A stretch of DNA of 64,000 nucleotides from an uncultured Candidatus Saccharibacteria bacterium (lineage in GTDB: Bacteria; Patescibacteriota; WWE3; 2-01-FULL-39-13), in the NCBI GenBank assembly GCA_965230915.1, contig OZ246395.1:140019-204018 (forward strand), written 5' to 3'. Below the pieces are notes generated by a model. The model had not been told where the DNA came from. It worked only from the letters and a program-made list of their open reading frames with translations, and searched no databases. Position numbers and translations under genes: made by a program. Position 1 is the first letter of the stretch. Every line of letters starts with the position of its first letter. Shown piece after piece: positions 27,917 through 39,209 of the stretch.

Positions 27917-29469
27917 AATGGGCCCACTTCCTGCACATATACCAGCCGGCAGACCAGCATCCAGGTATATTAGAAAAGATTGTTAATGAATCTTATCGAC
28001 CAATCTTACGAGGACTTATTAAAACCCCAGAATCACGAGTCACACTAAACATAAATGGCACCTTGGTGGAAAAGCTTTTTGAACACGGTTACAGAGATGT
28101 AATTGATGATATTAAAGCTTTAGTCGACCTTGGACGATTAGAACTAACAGGCTCTGCAAAATTCCATGCTTTTTTACCTTTATTACCAGAACACGAAGTC
28201 GAAAGGCAAATAAAACTTAACGAAGAAACAATGCGCAAATATTTTGGGGATAAGTTTGTAAAAAAAGGGTTTTTTAGTCCAGAAATGGGATATTCACCAA
28301 AAGTTGCCGCTGCTGTAGAAAAATTAGGATACCAATGGATGATTATCGACGAAGTTTCGATCTGTGAACCAGGTCAGACTTTAGAAGATCTTCATATGGA
28401 TAAAATTTACACAATTAAGGGAACAAATTTGAAAGCTTTTTTTAGAGAGAAGCAACCAAGCAACGTAATTATGGGAGCGTTAGTACGTTCAGCAGATTCG
28501 TTAAAGAAAGTTATGCAACGCAGATTAGAAAGTAATACTTATGTTGTAACAGCAATGGATGGGGAAACCTTTGGCCATCATAGACCTGGATTTGAAGAAT
28601 CTCTATTCGAAATTATTAGAGACCCAGCTTTTGACAATGCATTTATTAGTCAACTTCCCAATTATTTTAGTAATACTGTAGAAGTGGTGCCTAAAGATTC
28701 ATCTTGGGCATCGAGTGCAATAGATGTTGCGAATAATAATCCATATAACCTTTGGTTGCATCCCGATAATCAAATTCATACATACGAATGGGAACTAGTT
28801 GATCTTGCAATTAGGGTTGTGAACGGTTCGCAATATTCGGACGAAAAATATCCACACATGTTAGAGGAAGAAATGAGTTGGGAGGACATGACCGAAGATC
28901 AAAAGTATCACGAAGAAAGAAAACGCCAATGGGTTAGGGTCCGTGGGGCTCTAGACGCCGCTTTAAACAGCGATCCGATGTGGTGGGCTAGTGCAAGACC
29001 TTGGTGGAGTGTTGAGATGATTGAGAAAGGAATGAACGCTTTATACAAAGTGATAATGGAAACGCCGGATGCACATAGCGAAGATAAATCTCAAGCCGAG
29101 AATTTATATAAAAATATTTTATTTACAGCTCACGAATGGCAAAGAGCTGGAATGGTAGACAAAATGGCTGCAAATGATGCTGCTGAAAGAAGAATACCTC
29201 TATCGAAGCGCTTTGCAGCAGAGGGAACTTATGTTGCAATGCTCAAGGCGCTAAAAGATGAAGAAATGAATGCAGCTGCAAAGCGCGAATACGAACAAGC
29301 AATTAAGTGGAGAGACTCTCAATATAAGTTAGAAAGAGATTTAGATATTTATGATGCAGTTCATATTATCGATCTATTTAAGGCCGAAGGTGATTTTAAG
29401 AAGTTTGAAGAATATCTAAGCGAATATCGCAAAAAATATCGTGAGATATCAAAAGGGCAACCAGAATAA
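27913..29469 (+). CDS. Glycoside hydrolase family 57 protein with C-terminal UVR-like coiled coil
   Basis: HIYQP, SYRP, HAFLPLL, FSPEMG (nucleophile Glu) and AMDGETFGHH (acid Asp); ATGA overlap with glgA. Confidence 0.85.
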   Translation: MKWAHFLHIYQPADQHPGILEKIVNESYRPILRGLIKTPESRVTLNINGTLVEKLFEHGYRDVIDDIKALVDLGRLELTGSAKFHAFLPLLPEHEVERQIKLNEETMRKYFGDKFVKKGFFSPEMGYSPKVAAAVEKLGYQWMIIDEVSICEPGQTLEDLHMDKIYTIKGTNLKAFFREKQPSNVIMGALVRSADSLKKVMQRRLESNTYVVTAMDGETFGHHRPGFEESLFEIIRDPAFDNAFISQLPNYFSNTVEVVPKDSSWASSAIDVANNNPYNLWLHPDNQIHTYEWELVDLAIRVVNGSQYSDEKYPHMLEEEMSWEDMTEDQKYHEERKRQWVRVRGALDAALNSDPMWWASARPWWSVEMIEKGMNALYKVIMETPDAHSEDKSQAENLYKNILFTAHEWQRAGMVDKMAANDAAERRIPLSKRFAAEGTYVAMLKALKDEEMNAAAKREYEQAIKWRDSQYKLERDLDIYDAVHIIDLFKAEGDFKKFEEYLSEYRKKYREISKGQPE

Positions 29470-29591
29470 TTAATTATTTTCTTGCCCATAATTAACAATA
29501 AAATTTTGACAACGTTTCGTAGGTAGCTTGAGACTACAGGCTCAAGCGTGAAGCCGGAGGTACGTCGGAAAAATTTTAATGTTAATAATGC

Positions 29592-31346
29592 ATGGATCCA
29601 AAAGTTAAAGCAATTTTAGATAAATATTCTCTTACAGAAACTGAAATAATCAGACAACCAGATAATGGAATGGTTCGTTCTTATGTTATTACAGCTAAAA
29701 GTGCACATGGAGCAGAATATACTGTTAAAGTTTTTACTTCTTCTGATATAACTGCAAAAAATCATTTTATAAATGAAATTCATAATATTCGAAGAATACG
29801 CTCTAAGGTTAAGTCAAAATTTAAAGATTGGGTTCCGAATATTAAATGGTTTTCACAAAATAACGAGTATCCATATTACATATATAAATATGTCGAAGGT
29901 GAAGCATTAGGACGTTTTATAAAAGATTATGGTATAAAGTGGGGCAGTTTTAGACACAAAAACTTCTATGAATTTTTGCAATTTTTTGATGAGATTCATA
30001 AATTGTCTGATGAATCACTAACACTTCCTAGCTGGGGATACCGTGTTGCCCGCAAAGAATTACAGTTCTATTTTGAAAATACGAGAAGGCTTCTTCCATC
30101 TGATACTTATGACAAAGTTATATCTTTTTTAGATGCAAACCAGAATAAAGCATTTAAATATAAGAATGTTTCACACCGGGATTTATATCCTGAAAATATT
30201 ATTTTAAAGCAGCCTGGCTCGCGTAAATTCTGTTTCTTAGATTGGGAATATATGAGCGAAGTGCCTATCGGATTCGACGCAGCATTTTTATATTTACTAT
30301 TTTGGCGCGAAGAATATTGGAAGGCCAAAGTAATGTCTTATTATTACAACAAATATAGCGAAGAGTCACAGAAACACTTATTAAATGCATTTAATCTATC
30401 ATTCAGACTTTGTTTAATGGTTCTTTCTATAAGATTTTTGTATCAGATTAATGCATTTTCAGATCGAGTGAGTTCCGATTACGAACATGCATATTTATCA
30501 TTTAGTTATGACCTTCAAGCTGCATTGTCAGGTGAAATCATAAAGCCTAAAAACATCAAGTTTTACCTAAGCTTAGAAGATATTCGTAAAGTTGCTGAAG
30601 AATACGGTATAAAAGATGTTAAAAATTATGAGGTGTTTTATGCAAGTAAAGGAAATACTGTTGCTAAAGTTGATACCAAATCAGGTTGCTATATTTTCAG
30701 ATTTTATTCTCAGTCAAGATCTACAACATTAATAAGTCGAGAGCTCGAAATATTTGAGAAACTAACAGACCGCGGTATTAAGACCTATGATGTACTAAGA
30801 ACTTTAAAAGGTGATATCTATTTGAAATATAAACTATATGGCAAGGTCCGCCGTATAGCTGTTTTAACATATATAAGCGGAAAGAAGATTCATCAGAAAT
30901 GGGCAAATGAAAAATCGGCTGTTGAAGTCGGTCATGTGCTGAAAAAGATTCATGACAGCAACATAATTCACGGGGATTTTAGCAAGGAAAACGTTTTATT
31001 TATAAGAAGCAAAGTAAGCGGAGTTATTGATTTTGAATGGGGGAGATTCACTACATCCTCGAGCGCTAAATTCAATGATATGGCAAAGGCAATCGCACTT
31101 TGGCTAATTGATGTTAGAAGCAAAAAATTAGACGAAGGTGTATTTGTTAAGGAGTTTTTAAAAGGATACTATGGACAATTCCCCCAAAAGGCAAAATTGG
31201 AAAAAATAAAGCTTGCCGTTATAAGTAAAGTTAACGAAGAGAGGGCAATATTCTTAACAACAATTGATAAAAATAGCAAAATGAGAAATTTAGGAAAGCG
31301 CTTCGACCATGCAATTAAGAAGGTCCAAGAAGTCGAGCCCGACTAA
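29592..31346 (+). CDS. Tandem aminoglycoside-phosphotransferase/choline-kinase-fold protein (two kinase domains)
   Basis: HRDLYPEN...FLDWE in domain 1 and HGDFSKEN...VIDFE in domain 2. Confidence 0.75.
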   Translation: MDPKVKAILDKYSLTETEIIRQPDNGMVRSYVITAKSAHGAEYTVKVFTSSDITAKNHFINEIHNIRRIRSKVKSKFKDWVPNIKWFSQNNEYPYYIYKYVEGEALGRFIKDYGIKWGSFRHKNFYEFLQFFDEIHKLSDESLTLPSWGYRVARKELQFYFENTRRLLPSDTYDKVISFLDANQNKAFKYKNVSHRDLYPENIILKQPGSRKFCFLDWEYMSEVPIGFDAAFLYLLFWREEYWKAKVMSYYYNKYSEESQKHLLNAFNLSFRLCLMVLSIRFLYQINAFSDRVSSDYEHAYLSFSYDLQAALSGEIIKPKNIKFYLSLEDIRKVAEEYGIKDVKNYEVFYASKGNTVAKVDTKSGCYIFRFYSQSRSTTLISRELEIFEKLTDRGIKTYDVLRTLKGDIYLKYKLYGKVRRIAVLTYISGKKIHQKWANEKSAVEVGHVLKKIHDSNIIHGDFSKENVLFIRSKVSGVIDFEWGRFTTSSSAKFNDMAKAIALWLIDVRSKKLDEGVFVKEFLKGYYGQFPQKAKLEKIKLAVISKVNEERAIFLTTIDKNSKMRNLGKRFDHAIKKVQEVEPD

Positions 31347-31347
31347 G

Positions 31348-32829
31348 CTATAAAGCTAATACTTTGTTATATAGGTGAATATATTTCTTTGCGCTTTCTT
31401 TCCAAGAAAAGTCTTCCAGCATGCATGCTACAACCATCTTCTGCCATTTATTTTTATCATTAACATAGAGGTTTAATGCGTTTCTTAACGCTTCTAGCAT
31501 CGCATCTGTGCTTAGCTGTTCGTAAGTAAATCCTGTTTGATTGTTTTGTACTGTATCGTAAAGTCCTCCTGTTGCGCGTACAACTGGAACAGACCCATAT
31601 TTCATGGCGATCATCTGTGTTAGTCCGCATGGTTCAAATCTTGATGGGACCAAGAACATATCAGATGAAGCATAAATTCTACGTGCGGTTTCTTCTGAAA
31701 AAGTTATTAAGGCACGAATATTTCCCCTTAAATCACTCTCGTTATATTCTTTAAATTTAGTTTCAATAAACGGATCACCTGTACCTAACAAAACGACTTG
31801 GTATCCCATTTCTATTATTTGTCTAACTCCTTCTGCAACTAGGTCGAGTCCCTTTTGGTGTGCGAGACGGCTAACTAAACCAAGCAATGGGCGATCAGGA
31901 TTAATATCTAGGCCCAATTCTTCTTGTAACATACGCTTATTTTCGCTTTTGCCCTTTTTCCAGTCGACGGTTGTGTATTTGTTTAGAATAAAATTATCGT
32001 TTTGTGGATTAAATATCTCGTAACTTATTCCGTTTAGAACTCCGGTTAAGCGAGCACCACGTGCTTTAAGTATTTCTTCTAGGCCTTCGCCATACTCTGG
32101 AGTTTGGATTTCTTCTGCATATTTTTCTGACACCGTATTTACGAAGTCTGAACCGACAATTCCCTGTAGAACGAAGTCTAGGTTATCGTCTTGGGCGTCC
32201 CAACTCATGGTTCTGTCTTGAGAAATGTTTATGCCTAATTTTTCTCCAACTTCAAGACGGCTAAATCCTTGATAGGCAAGATTGTGAATTGTGAATATCG
32301 TTTTTACTGGTTTTTTTTGAATAAACTTACTTCTGCTTTGAATGATTTGTGGAACCATTCCGGTATGCCAGTCGTTACAGTGAATTATTTCAGGTTTAAA
32401 GCTGCCGATTTCTGCTTCTAGGCCTTCGGCAAATATATCAGCAATTGCCTTGCTAAAGAATGCGAAGCGTTCAATTTCTCCTTCTGGGCTAGGCATAAAT
32501 TCTGGAGAATAATAGATGCCTCCATTTGAAATATAATCTGCGTTTTCGATTAGGTAAATTGGAACCTGTGTGCCGGGCAACATAGTCAAATAAATATTTG
32601 TTAAAAGACTTTTGTCTCCATATGAAATTAATTTTTCAGCAATTTTTTGAGGATAATGACCGTTTTGTTCTGCTGCGAATTTTTCAGCAAGTGGTTTATA
32701 AAAAGGTATAGCGACTCTTACATCTATCCCAAGTTCAAATAATACAATTGGAAGGCTACCTATAACGTCTGCAATTCCTCCAACTTTAACTAAAGGTGCG
32801 CATTCGGAAGCGGTTATCAAAACTTTCAT
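31348..32829 (-). CDS. glgA: Glycogen synthase (GT5), copy 2
   Basis: SECAPLVKVGGIADV, HCNDWH, TIHNLAYQG, SRLAHQKG and PSRFEPCGL. Confidence 0.93.
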   Translation of the reverse strand: MKVLITASECAPLVKVGGIADVIGSLPIVLFELGIDVRVAIPFYKPLAEKFAAEQNGHYPQKIAEKLISYGDKSLLTNIYLTMLPGTQVPIYLIENADYISNGGIYYSPEFMPSPEGEIERFAFFSKAIADIFAEGLEAEIGSFKPEIIHCNDWHTGMVPQIIQSRSKFIQKKPVKTIFTIHNLAYQGFSRLEVGEKLGINISQDRTMSWDAQDDNLDFVLQGIVGSDFVNTVSEKYAEEIQTPEYGEGLEEILKARGARLTGVLNGISYEIFNPQNDNFILNKYTTVDWKKGKSENKRMLQEELGLDINPDRPLLGLVSRLAHQKGLDLVAEGVRQIIEMGYQVVLLGTGDPFIETKFKEYNESDLRGNIRALITFSEETARRIYASSDMFLVPSRFEPCGLTQMIAMKYGSVPVVRATGGLYDTVQNNQTGFTYEQLSTDAMLEALRNALNLYVNDKNKWQKMVVACMLEDFSWKESAKKYIHLYNKVLAL

Positions 32830-32868
32830 TAAAACATTCTAAATGGATGTACGCTATAAGTATAGTAA

Positions 32869-33696
<828 letters not shown>

Positions 33697-33746
33697 GCGA
33701 AGCGAATATGTGGCTTTATAATTAATTAAATCTGTATAATAAATTT

Positions 33747-34376
33747 ATGGAATTTTCTTTAGATAGCTTTCAATACTTAGTAATCGCAGCAAATTTTATT
33801 ATTACTGCATTCTTAATCGGATATTCTATATATCTATACAGAATCGAAAGAGATCTTAGGCATAAATTTAGGAATGTTAATGCGAAAGCTGCAAAAATAG
33901 TCGAAGAAGCGAATAACAAAGCTATCCACATAATAAATCACTCAAAGTATGTTTCAGACGAAATGAGAAACAACGCAGATCAGAGTTTTCAAAAAGTTCT
34001 AGAAGATCTCGAGAGCGAAAATAAAGGATTTTATAAATCATTAGAGCAAGCTTATTTTGATAAATCAGAAGTTTTTGTAAAAGGAATTCAAGCCGAAACC
34101 GAAAAAGGCATAAACGATTTCTCACAAAAAATCGCGCAGACTACAACAGAAACCCAGGTCGCAATCGAAAAAAAGCTTGAAGCCGACTACGAAGAAGCTA
34201 AAAAGGATATAAATAAGTTTAAGGAAATTAAAAAGAAAGAGTTTGAAGAAAAATTAAAAGAGAAAATAGCTTCAATTTCTGCTTCTGTAATGCCCGACTA
34301 TTTGAAAATTGACGACCAAGAGAAGTTTGCTAAGGAAGTAATCGAGAAAGCTGCTTCTGAAGGTTTTTTCAATTAA
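33747..34376 (+). CDS. ATP synthase subunit b-like peripheral stalk protein
   Basis: Single N-terminal TM followed by a long charged coiled coil; position before delta and alpha. Confidence 0.6.
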   Translation: MEFSLDSFQYLVIAANFIITAFLIGYSIYLYRIERDLRHKFRNVNAKAAKIVEEANNKAIHIINHSKYVSDEMRNNADQSFQKVLEDLESENKGFYKSLEQAYFDKSEVFVKGIQAETEKGINDFSQKIAQTTTETQVAIEKKLEADYEEAKKDINKFKEIKKKEFEEKLKEKIASISASVMPDYLKIDDQEKFAKEVIEKAASEGFFN

Positions 34377-34396
34377 TTATTGATCAAAATAATACA

Positions 34397-34861
34397 ATGA
34401 GTACAAATCCTGCCAAAAATAAAATAGTTTTAACCTTTGATGATTTTTCTGTAATAAAAGATAAATTAGAAAACTTAAGATCTCAGGTTTATAAAACTGA
34501 TTTTAAATTTGAAGACTATCTAGATAAAAATTTCACTAAAGAACAAAAAGAATTTATTTCTAATGATGTTAATGTTACTGCTGACGCCGCCGCGTCAGAA
34601 AAATCTATTGATACATTCTTGAAAAATATTTCAAACGCAGAAACAATATTTGTTAAGGTACCTTTTGTTCCATCGGCTGGATTTATACAGTGGATTAAAG
34701 AATATTTGCAAGAAAAAACAGCAAACAACAACGATACATGTTTACTAATGAAAATCGACACGGATAAATCTTTGATTTCAGGTGCTCACATTGAATTTAG
34801 AGGCAAAATAAAAGATCAAACAGCTAAAAACGAAGTATTAAATATTTTTAAAGTATCTTGA
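34397..34861 (+). CDS. Divergent ATP synthase delta/OSCP-like subunit
   Basis: C-terminal IDTDKSLISGAHIEFRGKIKDQT resembles the delta D.SLIGG...G...D motif; position directly before alpha. Confidence 0.65.
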   Translation: MSTNPAKNKIVLTFDDFSVIKDKLENLRSQVYKTDFKFEDYLDKNFTKEQKEFISNDVNVTADAAASEKSIDTFLKNISNAETIFVKVPFVPSAGFIQWIKEYLQEKTANNNDTCLLMKIDTDKSLISGAHIEFRGKIKDQTAKNEVLNIFKVS

Positions 34862-36354
34862 CCAATAGCATCCTAACTAATTTTGATAAATATATTGACC
34901 AGGTAAAAGAATATGGGGTTGTTGAACAAGTTCGACATCCAGTTGTTATTGCTTCCGGGCTTCCTGGCGCCAAAATTAACGAAATTATTGTTTTTGAAGA
35001 TAATTCAGTAGGTCAAGTCACATCATTAAATATAGATAGTGTCGAAATAACAACTTTCTCTGATGTTCCGATGAAATCAGGAATGCGAGCTACTAGAACA
35101 AATGACAAGTTATTCGTTTCGGTTGGTAACGAGCTATTAGGAAAGGTTATAGACCCTCTGGGGAACCTTTTATTTGGGAGTTTAGATAAGCAACCCGATA
35201 CAAAACGGGAGATCGATGTTGCTCCACCAAGAATAGATAAAAGAGCTCGTATTACTAAACAATTACAGACGGGAGTTAGTGTAATTGACTCTATGCTGCC
35301 TTTAGGTAAAGGCCAAAGAGAACTTGTGGTTGGTGATCGAAAGACTGGTAAGACTTCCTTTGTTTTTAATATTGCCAGAACAATCGCAGAAAGCAGTCCT
35401 AATGATATAGTTATTTATGCATCTATTGGAAAAGAGAGAAGTGAATCAAAAAGACTAAAAGAAATTTTCCAGAAACAGCTAGACGAAGGTAAGATTGTCA
35501 TAGTTGCATCGAGCTCAGATCAATCTCCAAGCTTAATAGATTTGACTCCATATTCAGCAATGACCCTCGCAGAATACTTTAGAGACCAGAGTAAAGATGT
35601 CCTAGTTGTATTTGATGACTTGAGTACTCATGCAAAGTTTTATCGCGAAATGGCGCTGCTTTCTAAGCGTTTTCCCGGGAGAGATTCATATCCAGGTGAC
35701 ATATTTTATAAGCACGCACGACTTTTAGAACGCGCTGGAAACTTTAAAGTTGCCGATGGCAAAGAAGCATCGATTACTTGTCTTCCGGTTGCCGAAACTC
35801 AGGATAGTACATTAACCGATTACATTACATCAAACTTAATCGGTATAACCGACGGGCACATTTTATTCGACATAGAAGCTTTTAATAAAGGTATGAGACC
35901 TGCCGTAGACATATTCTTATCTGTTACTCGTGTGGGTAAGCAGACTCAAACAAAGTTGACCCGTGAAATTACAGGGAACGCATTAAAACTTCTAAAAGTT
36001 TACAACGATACTTTGGCCTACCAGCACTTTGGGGCTGAGCTTAGTACGGACGTTAAGAAACTCATCGATAAAGGCGAGAAGATTTATAAATTTTTTGAAC
36101 AGAGCACAGACGTTTCGGTGCCGCCACAGTTGCAGGCATTATTTTTAACTTTATTAATCGAAGGAAATTTTAACAAAAGAAGAACCACGGATGTTTTAAG
36201 CTATAGGGCAACTATGCTCGAAAACTATAGGAATGATATAAATGTAAAAAACAAGATTGACGAATTATATGCTGCAAAAGCATATAAAGACTATGTTAGC
36301 GCCATAAATGCAGATCCGAATAGTATCTACAAATGGTTGGGCTTCTTAAAATGA
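34858..36354 (+). CDS. atpA: F1-type ATPase alpha subunit (divergent)
   Basis: PLGKGQRELVVGDRKTGKT, DDLSTHA, PGRDSYPGDIFY.HARLLERA, ITDGHI and the SVTRVG arginine finger; TTG start overlapping the delta stop. Confidence 0.92.
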   Translation: MTNSILTNFDKYIDQVKEYGVVEQVRHPVVIASGLPGAKINEIIVFEDNSVGQVTSLNIDSVEITTFSDVPMKSGMRATRTNDKLFVSVGNELLGKVIDPLGNLLFGSLDKQPDTKREIDVAPPRIDKRARITKQLQTGVSVIDSMLPLGKGQRELVVGDRKTGKTSFVFNIARTIAESSPNDIVIYASIGKERSESKRLKEIFQKQLDEGKIVIVASSSDQSPSLIDLTPYSAMTLAEYFRDQSKDVLVVFDDLSTHAKFYREMALLSKRFPGRDSYPGDIFYKHARLLERAGNFKVADGKEASITCLPVAETQDSTLTDYITSNLIGITDGHILFDIEAFNKGMRPAVDIFLSVTRVGKQTQTKLTREITGNALKLLKVYNDTLAYQHFGAELSTDVKKLIDKGEKIYKFFEQSTDVSVPPQLQALFLTLLIEGNFNKRRTTDVLSYRATMLENYRNDINVKNKIDELYAAKAYKDYVSAINADPNSIYKWLGFLK

Positions 36355-36418
36355 GTTTAGAGGCGTTTAAATTTTTCAAAAGGCAATTCCATGCCTTTTG
36401 AAATCTAAAAAATTAGAA

Positions 36419-38687
<2,269 letters not shown>

Positions 38688-38709
38688 TAGGCCTTGTTTG
38701 TCATATTAT

Positions 38710-38982
38710 TTAAAGGGATTCTAGGCCGACAAGTATTTCTACTTCGTTTTTTACGCATTTTAAAATACCTTTCCCGATTCTAAGTTGGACTTTTTCATTG
38801 TGGTTGGTTTGGATTAGGATATTTCTCTTAATAATTGATATAAAGCTTTGATGGCCTGGTAGGACATCGAAGCGACCCTCCTCATTTTCCGATGAAACGG
38901 ACTTCGCAGAGCCTGAGTAGATCGTTTTTTCTGATTCTATAACTTTTACCTCTAGTTTTTGTGTTTTATCTTTGGTTTCCAT
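38710..38982 (-). CDS. atpC: ATP synthase epsilon-like subunit, N-terminal beta-sandwich only, on the opposite strand
   Basis: LEVKVIESEKTIYSG..., GRFDVLPGH and GILKCVKNEVEIL; no C-terminal helical hairpin. Confidence 0.8.
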   Translation of the reverse strand: METKDKTQKLEVKVIESEKTIYSGSAKSVSSENEEGRFDVLPGHQSFISIIKRNILIQTNHNEKVQLRIGKGILKCVKNEVEILVGLESL

Positions 38983-39143
38983 TACTACTATTCTAAGGCT
39001 ATATCTTATTGGTGTCTATTTGAGGTGCATGGAGGTTTATCTATTTAGCTTCTGTCATAGTTCTTGAGCTGAAATTGAGTAAAAAAATTTTGGTTATGGG
39101 GTACTTTTTTAGTGCAAAAAACTCGCGAGAAAAAATTACACTA

Positions 39144-39172
39144 TTGCTATGCTTTCAAAGCTTTTGTATAAT
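39144..39172 (+). promoter_or_regulatory. Sigma70-type promoter of the giant gene with a palindrome in the spacer
   Basis: TTGCTA-17 nt-TATAAT; the spacer contains GCTTT-C-AAAGC. Confidence 0.6.
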
Positions 39173-39209
39173 TTTCTCATCACGAGATTTTTAAAATTAA
39201 TCCCTGCCC

